Positions 8,817 to 17,224 of a DNA stretch of 64,000 bases are shown one piece after another. Made by a program: the position numbers and the translations under genes. Source of the DNA: Candidatus Thorarchaeota archaeon (lineage in GTDB: Archaea; Asgardarchaeota; Thorarchaeia; Thorarchaeales; Thorarchaeaceae); assembly GCA_029855935.1 (NCBI GenBank), contig JAGSHN010000012.1, forward strand, positions 160,001 through 224,000. The letters are read 5' to 3'. The notes under the pieces were generated by a model. That model had not been told where the DNA came from. It ran no database searches and was given only the letters and a program-made list of their open reading frames with translations. Each line of letters starts with the position of its first letter. Within the stretch, counting starts at the first letter, position 1.

Positions 8817-10202
8817 CTACATCCCTCCGACAGGAACTTCTGTGGCCCGTGCGTGTGGTCCACCGCTCATGTCCGGCACCCATTGACCATTCTTTCCGCA
8901 AGTACCTGCGTCAAGCTCGAAGTCCCTGCCCACCGCGTCTATCTTGGAGAGAACCTCCAGTATGAGACCTGACAGCGAAACATCCCTGACCATCTGGCCA
9001 ATCTCTCCCTTCTTGATCACGTATCCGTATTGGGCTTGAAACATGAAATGTCCCATAGAGGGGTTCGTGTAGCCGTAGTTGAATCTGCACAGGAGAAGGC
9101 CATGTCTGGTGTCCTCAATCAGCTCATCAACATCCCAGTCACCCGGCTCCATGAACGTGTTGCTCATCCTCGGGATGGGTACGTGTGCATAGGACTCAGC
9201 TCTGGCTGCGCCATTCGACTCCATCCCCAGCCTAGATGCCGTTTCGAGAGAGTGGAGTATCTCTGTCAAGATGCCGTCTTTGACAAGGATTCGCTTTCTC
9301 GTCTTTGTCCCTTCCCAGTCATATGGGTAGGATCCGCGGGCACAGTCCAGCGTGGGATCATCACTTATGTTGAGCCACTCTGGTCCGACACTCTGTCCGA
9401 GCTTGTCCTCAAGGACTGTTGTGTGCGCAGGCCAGCCATCGGCCTCACAGGCGTGTCCAAACGCCTCATGCACCATTACGCCGTTGAGGACCGGATCCAT
9501 CACGACATCGTAGACGCCTCCCCTTACAGCCACCGACGAGAGCAGGTCGACGGCGGTTCTTGCGGCTCTCTCTCCAACCGTCTGAGCGTCCTCTTCCATC
9601 ATCATCTCGAACCCGCCCTTTACTCCGACAGACCTGTAGGCACGCTGCCGATTCGCCCCCTCTCTTGCCGTTATTGACGATATGATGCGCGGGAGGGAGT
9701 TCTCAATATACACAGAGGTCCCAAGAGAATTGGCCACATAGAGCTCGCTCCACAGCTCCCCGTATACAGTCCTCGCATTGGAGACACGCTCGTCAAACTC
9801 ACGTGCCTGCATGTCAATCTGTTTGACAAACTCCATCTTCTCCTCCATCGGGACATCAGGGAAGGGGCGCCTGACGGAGATGAACTCCTTCGCCCTGAAA
9901 GTGGGGCCGTCGATCTCAAATCGTTCGGCAACAAGTGGACGGACAGCGAGAGCCAGCTTGGTAGCAGACTCGCCAACCCCTCGCATTCCCTCGGGTGTGA
10001 GTTCCGTCGTCTGAGCAAAGGCCCACGCCCCGTCGATGAACGCCCTCACTCCTGCGCCTCTGAGATGGGCGGACATCGACCTCCGAGTCACGCCATTGAC
10101 CATCTCTATAACGGTAGAGTGAGTGTTCTCAATTCTCACGTCAGCGAACGATGCTCCTGCGTCGAGTGCAGACTCTACGGCAATCTGGGCAAGGTCTTCC
10201 AT
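8817..10202 (-). CDS. tldD: TldD family metalloprotease
   Basis: GA.FADVR.E, G.GVRA...G.W.FA, HEAFGHACEAD, DDPT, YD.EG, PIPRMSNTF..PG, CGK.GQ.VP...GGPH. Confidence 0.93.
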   Translation of the reverse strand: MEDLAQIAVESALDAGASFADVRIENTHSTVIEMVNGVTRRSMSAHLRGAGVRAFIDGAWAFAQTTELTPEGMRGVGESATKLALAVRPLVAERFEIDGPTFRAKEFISVRRPFPDVPMEEKMEFVKQIDMQAREFDERVSNARTVYGELWSELYVANSLGTSVYIENSLPRIISSITAREGANRQRAYRSVGVKGGFEMMMEEDAQTVGERAARTAVDLLSSVAVRGGVYDVVMDPVLNGVMVHEAFGHACEADGWPAHTTVLEDKLGQSVGPEWLNISDDPTLDCARGSYPYDWEGTKTRKRILVKDGILTEILHSLETASRLGMESNGAARAESYAHVPIPRMSNTFMEPGDWDVDELIEDTRHGLLLCRFNYGYTNPSMGHFMFQAQYGYVIKKGEIGQMVRDVSLSGLILEVLSKIDAVGRDFELDAGTCGKNGQWVPDMSGGPHARATEVPVGGM

Positions 10203-10340
10203 CAGAATCACTAGCCGGTCGCATACACCGCTCGTTATAATTGCTTTGAAGAGTGAGTGGCGGTCGGTGTAACCTTGGTGATACACAGCTCTTTCTTATC
10301 CCATCACTGAGTCGAGACCAAGGCACACGGAGGCACACAG

Positions 10341-11909
10341 TTGAGTCAAGAATCCGCGCGCGACTCTTGCCAGGTCTGCAGAAGGTCTAACGGCGTCTAC
10401 TTCTGTGAGGACTGCGGTGCTGTTCTGTGTGCTGACTGTGTTGAAACGGTCACAAGCGACTTCTACTTCTGTGGCGACTGCCACTCCCAGATCCCGTCCT
10501 CGGAGACCGACAATCATCCGCAGAAGTGTCCCGAGTGTGGCTCCGAAGAGATTCGTACGGGGCGCCGGGAAGAGGAACGATGCCCCCGGTGTCACTCGAC
10601 AAGGCTTGTGCTCGTGTCGGAAAAGCGACGTACTCTCGCTCAGGACCTGCGTCAGGCAATCAATGTTCTCCAGTACGGACACTCAAGATTTCACGAGCTC
10701 TCTAGACGTCTTACTCGGATTGTCGAGACTCTGGTGTCACTACGGATGGCAAAGTTCGTCCACTACCACTGGCTTGAGCGCCACTTGGAGGAATTGCAGG
10801 AGGAGGTCCCTGCACTCAGGAACCGAATAGTCAACCGGGCCGAGATGGTGGCGCGCCAGATGGCTGCGGAAACATCAGGGATAATGCACGACCCTCTATG
10901 GACGGCTGACCAGTTCCCGTTCATATCAGGTGTGGTGAACAGGCTGCGCGAGCTTGGACGGGAGTACAAGGAGCGAGTCGATGAGACCCTCGCTGGTGCA
11001 TTCCGTCGTCTGGAGGAGATCAGCAAGACGATTGAGGGTCTCGAGTATTTCCGACGAGCCTTTGTGGCCTTTTCTAGCCTCGTCCCCCTTGAGGTCAATG
11101 AGCTGCCCGTCTGTGCACTGCCGGATATCCGCCTCACGGGGTCCGACTTTCTCAAGCACGACAAAGCCGCAGGAACGCTCTATCTGACCGACCGGCGAAT
11201 GGTCTTCATTGCCACCACTGGGACTATTCGAAAGAGGGAGTCCGTGGTCTTTGACTTTCCTCTGCCGTATCTGTCGGGGATTGAGGAGGACGGCAGACGG
11301 AAGAAGCGTCTTGTTCTGAGGATGCAACAAGGCGACATCAGGATAGTCTGTCCTGAGGGAACACGACGTGTGATGAGCGACTACATGGAGATTGCTCGCA
11401 GCTTTGCCAAGTATGCACAGACCAATCTTCAGCGTACGAGGCAGCTGCAGCGGTTCAGTTGTGCGCCTGATGAGGTGAGGATCCGTATATTGGATCTGAT
11501 TGATGACCTGCTCTCTCGAGAACGACGCAGAGCGATTGCCATGAGCGGTACGGGGGCGTACACTCGCTCTCCTCCTCCGGTCCACAGCTGGGGCTATCCG
11601 GAGACCTCGAATAGTCCTAGGGCCACATTCTCGGGGTCGCCATTCAGTCCGCAGGCCACAAGTCCAGATAGTCGCTACAGCTTGGACGGCTCGTATGTGA
11701 GAACGGCTGCGACTTCGCCCCCGCGCGGTGTCTACTCGCAACACTATGGCGACGGGGACATGACTGCACTACTCAATCACGAGATCCAAGAGACAATACG
11801 TGCACTCAGACGGGGTCGACTTCCTCCTGACGAGTTTGTTCGGCGTTATCGTGACCTGATGCGGAGTTCATTTGAGATGGAGCGACGCTTCTACGAAAGG
11901 GTTCGGTAG
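10341..11909 (+). CDS. multidomain ESCRT-I-like protein: 12-Cys zinc module, coiled coil, GRAM/GLUE-like PH domain, Pro/Ser linker, steadiness box
   Basis: Six CxxC pairs in aa 10-84; helical aa 95-240; LEVNE..AGTLYLTDRRMVF..FPL..L..IEE at aa 250-352; C-terminal IRALRRGRLPPDEFVRRYRDLMRSSF. Located inside the ESCRT cluster. Confidence 0.75.
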   Translation: MSQESARDSCQVCRRSNGVYFCEDCGAVLCADCVETVTSDFYFCGDCHSQIPSSETDNHPQKCPECGSEEIRTGRREEERCPRCHSTRLVLVSEKRRTLAQDLRQAINVLQYGHSRFHELSRRLTRIVETLVSLRMAKFVHYHWLERHLEELQEEVPALRNRIVNRAEMVARQMAAETSGIMHDPLWTADQFPFISGVVNRLRELGREYKERVDETLAGAFRRLEEISKTIEGLEYFRRAFVAFSSLVPLEVNELPVCALPDIRLTGSDFLKHDKAAGTLYLTDRRMVFIATTGTIRKRESVVFDFPLPYLSGIEEDGRRKKRLVLRMQQGDIRIVCPEGTRRVMSDYMEIARSFAKYAQTNLQRTRQLQRFSCAPDEVRIRILDLIDDLLSRERRRAIAMSGTGAYTRSPPPVHSWGYPETSNSPRATFSGSPFSPQATSPDSRYSLDGSYVRTAATSPPRGVYSQHYGDGDMTALLNHEIQETIRALRRGRLPPDEFVRRYRDLMRSSFEMERRFYERVR

Positions 11910-11957
11910 GCTCCGCCAGAACCCCTGCGTGAAACTATGAGGCGTGCACGGACTGTG

Positions 11958-11987
11958 GGACATTGAGCGTGAGGACATTGAGCGTGA
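11958..11987. repeat. 15-bp perfect tandem direct repeat
   Basis: ggacattgagcgtga x2 (11958-11972 and 11973-11987), followed by a degenerate gtctgagcgga. Confidence 0.85.
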
Positions 11988-12000
11988 GTCTGAGCGGAGT

Positions 12001-12633
12001 CTAGAGGCCAAGCCTCCTCTCAAGCGCCTGAATCTCTTCTGCCAGTCTGTCGGGTGGTGCCTTGGTGGATGGAGTGGTCCCCCTACGGCCGCCACTCTCC
12101 ACAACCTCGGAATCTATCTCCGCCATCACGTCTGCCAGCTCCTCAGGAGCAATTCTGCCATCCGTGGCTCCGTGGAGGGTCTCCTCGAAGATGCCGTTCT
12201 CAATCTCGAACTGCTCGAGTCTTCGTGCCACCTCGTCGAGATTCTGAATGACCCTCTTGGCACTGATCTCTTCTCCGAGGATACCAAAGATTGCTGCCAC
12301 CCTCTCCATGCCTATGTTGACTCTTGCTGTTATCCTCGCTCGCTTGATGTAGGACGCAATACGTAGAAGAGAGAACCGGACACGCTCGATCTTGAGAATA
12401 TCACGATGTGTCCGCAGGACCTCCCCGGCATAGAGTATGCAGGCCTCGTTCTGCCCGTTTCTGCGAGCTGTCACTGCCCGCCTCTTGGCATCGGCAGCCA
12501 GTTTCTCCAGATGGTTGCGCTCACGTTCGAGCTCTCTGGCCATCACCTGAAGACCGCTGACAATCTCCGTGACATCTGGCTTTTTTCTGCCCCATATGGC
12601 GGCCCGCTTCAACAGACGCAATAGTTTCACCAC
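12001..12633 (-). CDS. ESCRT-III (Snf7 family), Vps2/24/46-like
   Basis: Basic N-terminal helix, RELERER..LE, A.R.G..EA...YA.E.LR, acidic C-terminal half, terminal EEIQALERRLGL MIM1-like helix. Confidence 0.88.
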   Translation of the reverse strand: MVKLLRLLKRAAIWGRKKPDVTEIVSGLQVMARELERERNHLEKLAADAKRRAVTARRNGQNEACILYAGEVLRTHRDILKIERVRFSLLRIASYIKRARITARVNIGMERVAAIFGILGEEISAKRVIQNLDEVARRLEQFEIENGIFEETLHGATDGRIAPEELADVMAEIDSEVVESGGRRGTTPSTKAPPDRLAEEIQALERRLGL

Positions 12634-12717
12634 TGCTGGTATCCTGTCTCAGGAGTGGGTCAAGGAGGCCTTGTATAAACCCTAGTAGGACGCTGGGCAT
12701 ACGTGGCGCTACAGCTC

Positions 12718-14745
12718 TCACATCCGTTCGATGACCGGGATACCGAGCATTTGAAGGCAGTTGCGTATGGTGTCCCTGAACGCTCTGACAAGGGCAAGTC
12801 TTGCCCTTCGGAGGTCGCCATCAGCCTTCAGCACGGGACAGTTGTCGTAGAACTTGCTGAAGAGGGTCGCAATCTCGAAAGCATATTCTGTGAGTCTATT
12901 GGAGCTGAAAGCTGTACCACGTACCTCCTTTTTCAGTCCCCTGACGACCTGAACCACCTCGTAGGGGAATCTGGACAGTGCCTTCACGAGCGCGAACTCA
13001 TATGGTGTCACCAGGAGCGTGGCGTCGCCTCCCTCCCCTTCATCGCCAGCGCGTTCGAGTATCCGTTGGGCGCGCGCATAGGAGTACTGCAGGTATGGCC
13101 CGGTGTCGCCCTCGAAGTCTAGCACCGAGTCCCACCGGAAGGTTATCTTCCTGTCAGGTGAGGCATTCAACATGAAGTACCTGAGCGCCCCAACAGCAAC
13201 CTGTCCCGCGACGCGGTTCTTGAACTCATCGCTGGCGTCAGGATTTCTCTTCTCGACCTCAATCCTAGCGATCTCCTCCGCCCGGTCAAGAACGTCGTCC
13301 ACAGTATAACCTATCCATGTCCCCTTCCGTCCCGAGAACTCGGTGTCCTCAAGCCCGACGAACTCGTAGGCTATGTGGTGAGAGTTCTCGCTCTCCCTCT
13401 TGTAGCCCAACAGTTCGAGGATGTTGTAGATCAGCCTCTGAGGGTGGGCCTGTGCTGCAGCTATTACATTGAACACGAGGTCCACCTTACCCAAGTCGTG
13501 TCTATGACCCTCAAGAGTGGTACGATACACAGGCTTACCATTGGGCTGGACCTCGAACTCGACGTACCTGAATGGGTCCTCGATTATCTGATGTTTCCAC
13601 ATCTGAAACGCCAGGTCTGCGCCGGTGTAGGTACGTGTCCCATCTGACCGGAACAGCACCTTGTATGGATCCTTCATCCCCTTGAATTCCTCAAGGTCGT
13701 CGAGCTTTGCAACGATACATCCTGCCTTTTCGCCCTCCTGAAGGATCATCACCGAGGGGCATTTGAGAATCATCTTCTTTGCGATGTCCAGCAGGCCGCT
13801 GTGAGCAATGGAGCTCTCCCAGACCTGATAGTCGTGGTAGATGCCAAGTCGGTATGCTGTCTGACACTGTGCTTTCAGACACTCTGATACCATCTTCTCA
13901 CTGAACCTGGCCTCGTCAGAGTCGGGAATCTCCAGCTGTCTCGCCACCTCCCTCACGGCACGCTCCACTGCAGGGTCGCTCTCGAAGTCCCTCTGAATGT
14001 CAACATACACCCTGCCGAGGAAGTGGTCGTACTTCTCTCCCTTCTCGGGCTGTAGGTCGCCATCCATGAGCCGCCATGTCAGCTGCGCAATCTGGAGGCC
14101 GAGGTCATTGATATAGTCGAGTCTGATGACCTCAAAACCCACCATCTCAAGGACGTTGCAGAGAGTGTCTCCTAGGACCGCATTCCTTGCGTGCCCGATA
14201 TGCCACGGCTTTGACGGGTTGACCGCGGGAAACTCCACCAGAGCCCGTTTCCCCTCAAAGTCTCTGGTCCTCCCGTAGCTCGGTCCGGTCTCTGAGATTG
14301 CGTTGATGACGAAACGGGCAACTACCGCACGGTCGAGGAACAGGTTGATGTATGGCCCTTTCACCTCCACTCTCTCGAACAGTGGCTCCGCATCAATCGC
14401 GGTCTTGACCCTCTCTGCGACCTCAGCCGCAATTTGCACAGGACTCCTTCTCAGATGCTTCGCCAGCGCGAAGGCAACGGTCGTGGCCAGGTCCCCGAGA
14501 GCAGGGTCGGGCGGTACCTCCAAGAGATCAAGACTCTCATCGGCCCCTATGTCAGCTGCTTGTGCGATAATGTCAGCTGCCGTCTTCAGCATATGTTCCC
14601 AGGGGTTGATGACCGGTGATCGCACTGTCGAGCTCACCTGCTCGGGGTCACTCGGTGTGGTTCTCCTCATAAATGACGCGATGGGTGGCTGTTCGGCGAC
14701 CTCTTTCTCCTCTCCTAACACGAGCCGACGAAGGGAGCGGAGCAT
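12718..14745 (-). CDS. argS: arginine--tRNA ligase
   Basis: GD.A...AF.LAK, GPYIN, NP.KP.HIGHARN.VLGD, RSDGT..Y...D.A, FSGRKG, FEGDTGPYLQYSYAR, FY..CPVL, LGI...ERM. Confidence 0.96.
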   Translation of the reverse strand: MLRSLRRLVLGEEKEVAEQPPIASFMRRTTPSDPEQVSSTVRSPVINPWEHMLKTAADIIAQAADIGADESLDLLEVPPDPALGDLATTVAFALAKHLRRSPVQIAAEVAERVKTAIDAEPLFERVEVKGPYINLFLDRAVVARFVINAISETGPSYGRTRDFEGKRALVEFPAVNPSKPWHIGHARNAVLGDTLCNVLEMVGFEVIRLDYINDLGLQIAQLTWRLMDGDLQPEKGEKYDHFLGRVYVDIQRDFESDPAVERAVREVARQLEIPDSDEARFSEKMVSECLKAQCQTAYRLGIYHDYQVWESSIAHSGLLDIAKKMILKCPSVMILQEGEKAGCIVAKLDDLEEFKGMKDPYKVLFRSDGTRTYTGADLAFQMWKHQIIEDPFRYVEFEVQPNGKPVYRTTLEGHRHDLGKVDLVFNVIAAAQAHPQRLIYNILELLGYKRESENSHHIAYEFVGLEDTEFSGRKGTWIGYTVDDVLDRAEEIARIEVEKRNPDASDEFKNRVAGQVAVGALRYFMLNASPDRKITFRWDSVLDFEGDTGPYLQYSYARAQRILERAGDEGEGGDATLLVTPYEFALVKALSRFPYEVVQVVRGLKKEVRGTAFSSNRLTEYAFEIATLFSKFYDNCPVLKADGDLRRARLALVRAFRDTIRNCLQMLGIPVIERM

Positions 14746-14957
14746 TGTTTCATAAATACAATAACGATATTTTTGAAGAGCCGTGCAAACCCTTATTTAT
14801 GTTTGTTGTTTGGCGAACATGATTGTTCTCCGACAGGAGAACTCTCCCGTGTCCGCGTCCCACCATGCGGTCCCTCATCACGCCACGAGGGGTCGCACAG
14901 CATCGGTTCATTGACACCTCTGAGCGCAGGTCCTTCAGCGAAAGGGACTGCAGGGAG

Positions 14958-15923
14958 ATGATCGGACTGGCCAGCAGACAACCAAAGACCCGGACTCACA
15001 GGGAGAGTGGCCTTGGCGCGACTCGTTATGTCTGTTCAGCCTGCAGCTCGACTGATGTATACATTGATTCTACTCGTGGGGAAGTCATCTGCTCTAATTG
15101 CGGACTCGTTCTCTCTGACCACTCTATCGATATGGGGCCGGAGTGGAGAGCATTCACTGCTGACGAACAGAATGCCCGTCAGCGTGTTGGTGGTCCAAAC
15201 GACTGGAGCAAGTTCGACCAGGGCCTCACCACCATAATCGGCCGGCAGAACGTTGATGCCTCCGGCCGAAAACTCTCATCGACGCGTCGAGCGCAGATAC
15301 ACAGACTCAGAAAATGGCAGATTCGTACCAAGGTTCACTCGTCCGACAAGCGCAACCTCGCGGTTGCGATGACCGAACTCCACAGGATAAGTTCCCAGCT
15401 AAGCATCCCGTACTCGATTCGGGAGACATCCGCAGTGATCTACCGCAAGGCGCTGAAGAAGCGTCTGACCCGTGGTCGCACAATTCTCGGAATGGTCGCT
15501 GCCTCGCTGTATCTTGCCTGCAGAGTACACCAAGTGCCACGGCCTCTTGAGGAGATTGTGGAACAGATTCACATCACCAGGAAGGAGTTGAGCCTCTGTG
15601 TGAGACTCATTCTTAGATACCTAAATCTCAAGATCCCCCACAGCAACCCCATCGAGTTCGTCCACCGTTTTGGAACGGAGCTCAATCTCCCAGGTGAGGC
15701 CAAGAAGAAGGCCATTGATATCCTCAAGAAGGCACGCGAGCACCATCTCACGATTGGCAAGGACCCGAAAGGGATGGCAGCTGCTGCCATCTATGTTGCA
15801 AGCATCCTGACAGGTTCTCGAAGAACTCAGCTGGAGATTGCACGCACTGCTAGGGTCACGGAGGTGACTGTCCGCAATAGGTACAAAGAGATGGTTGAGC
15901 GCCTCGGTATCACGACGATGTAG
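14958..15923 (+). CDS. tfb: transcription initiation factor IIB
   Basis: Zn ribbon CSAC..GE.IC.NCG.V, ID.GPEWRAF, RLRKWQ.R, two cyclin repeats, GKDP.G.AAAAIY, TQ.EIA..A.VTEVTVRNRYKE. Start uncertain. Confidence 0.96.
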   Translation: MIGLASRQPKTRTHRESGLGATRYVCSACSSTDVYIDSTRGEVICSNCGLVLSDHSIDMGPEWRAFTADEQNARQRVGGPNDWSKFDQGLTTIIGRQNVDASGRKLSSTRRAQIHRLRKWQIRTKVHSSDKRNLAVAMTELHRISSQLSIPYSIRETSAVIYRKALKKRLTRGRTILGMVAASLYLACRVHQVPRPLEEIVEQIHITRKELSLCVRLILRYLNLKIPHSNPIEFVHRFGTELNLPGEAKKKAIDILKKAREHHLTIGKDPKGMAAAAIYVASILTGSRRTQLEIARTARVTEVTVRNRYKEMVERLGITTM

Positions 15924-16001
15924 AGTCGAGGTACGGTGCCAAACTCGGGCGGGGGTCCATCTTTCCCCGCCCCTCCGTACTCTTTCTCCACGGTGATTTC
16001 G

Positions 16002-16334
16002 ATGGACGTGCTCGTTGACGTGACTGTCACATGCCGGATGAACCGACACGAAAACTGGGAGTGCCTGAACAGGTGTCGTCTCCGGCTTGCCGGCGGCTCG
16101 ATGACAATCGAGGTCCTCGACGACCCGGGGCCATATTGCATTGACACAGTTCTTAAGGACGTGAGCTACGAGGTTGAGATGTCATCAATTGGCCCTGTGC
16201 TGTTCATGACGTGGGACAACGAGGGTTCAAGGACCACCCTTGAGATCCGTGGTGAAAGTTCATCAATCGACCGCCTCTCGGCGGCGCTGGAGGCTCTCAT
16301 TGCGGGGCCGTCCCCCGTGCCCGCGCAGGACTGA
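16002..16334 (+). CDS. hypothetical protein, possible PH-like fold
   Basis: Alternating beta-strand pattern ending in an amphipathic helix; ATG 16002 preceded by GGTGA. Confidence 0.6.
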   Translation: MDVLVDVTVTCRMNRHENWECLNRCRLRLAGGSMTIEVLDDPGPYCIDTVLKDVSYEVEMSSIGPVLFMTWDNEGSRTTLEIRGESSSIDRLSAALEALIAGPSPVPAQD

Positions 16335-16383
16335 GAGAAACTGGTACTCTTGCGAACGACCGAGTCTGAGGTGAAACTGGAAA

Positions 16384-17223
16384 TTGTCGTTGAGGCGGTC
16401 CATTCTTGGCATATGGGTGATTGAGCGGCACACCGGCCGTAATCTCGTCGCCCGTGCCTACGGGGGCATAGATGTGGATATGGATCTGATAGCTCCCTTT
16501 CTGTCAGCGACGCACACCTTCATCGACAAGGCATCGAACGAGTCTCTTCAGACAATCGACACGGTGAATTCACGATACGTGTGGGTCAGAAATGATCATC
16601 TACTGCTCGTGATGATTGTGAGCAAGGCGGCCCGGATTGGTCATATGCGTTTCCTGCTGAAGTACGCACTGAAGGAGTTCGTTGACACGATGATACCAAA
16701 GGGCCGTGACCTGGGAGAGTTCCTGAGCGAGTGGAAGGGCAATCCTGAGACCTTTGCCTCGTTCGGGGCATTCCTTGATGAGCTTGTCGAGCAGTATGAG
16801 ATGACTGATGAGAGTCTTGTTGCTGGAAAGTCTATGGACTCCTTGGAGGTGTACAATCACCTCTTCCGCGAGCTGATGCGGATCGATGTGGACCGCGTGA
16901 CGAAGAGGAAGATAGTCCGGGACATCAAGAGGCGCATGGCCTCTCTCATTGAGACATATCCGTTCTTGGAGGACGTGCCTGTCGATGAGGCTGGCGTCGA
17001 GGTGCTCGAGATTGACGTGCTCAACAACCAGATACCATATCGGGCCCTCCGTGCTGCACTTGAGGACCTGTTCCAAGTGGTTGCCGAGGCAGTCAGGTCG
17101 AATGTCGATTCAGGGTCCTACAGAGACTGCGTCTTCAGCCACGTGATGCGATACGTCAAGGAAGATCTGAAGCGTCTCCAGACATACGCCATTCTCGATG
17201 ATGTGGTCCGCTATCTCTTCTAG
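16384..17223 (+). CDS. longin-like domain protein with helical C-terminal domain
   Basis: I.GIWVI....G..L..R.Y...D.DLI..FLSA..TF.......L..I......Y.......LL.V.I is the Asgard longin/sybindin-like N-terminal pattern. Confidence 0.7.
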   Translation: MSLRRSILGIWVIERHTGRNLVARAYGGIDVDMDLIAPFLSATHTFIDKASNESLQTIDTVNSRYVWVRNDHLLLVMIVSKAARIGHMRFLLKYALKEFVDTMIPKGRDLGEFLSEWKGNPETFASFGAFLDELVEQYEMTDESLVAGKSMDSLEVYNHLFRELMRIDVDRVTKRKIVRDIKRRMASLIETYPFLEDVPVDEAGVEVLEIDVLNNQIPYRALRAALEDLFQVVAEAVRSNVDSGSYRDCVFSHVMRYVKEDLKRLQTYAILDDVVRYLF

Positions 17224-17224
17224 G

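Noticed and set aside
10926-11744. Long antisense ORFs (also 37807-38970, 57375-58154, 60677-61510, 63059-63826, 30649-31299)
   Set aside because: These are shadow frames opposite well-supported genes, with no recognisable motifs.
11958-11987. Direct repeat as a possible CRISPR remnant
   Set aside because: Only two adjacent 15-bp units, with no spacers and no cas genes.
15947-15972. GC hairpin gggcgggg/ccccgccc after tfb
   Set aside because: It could be a terminator, but archaeal termination generally relies on U-tracts and only a weak one follows.
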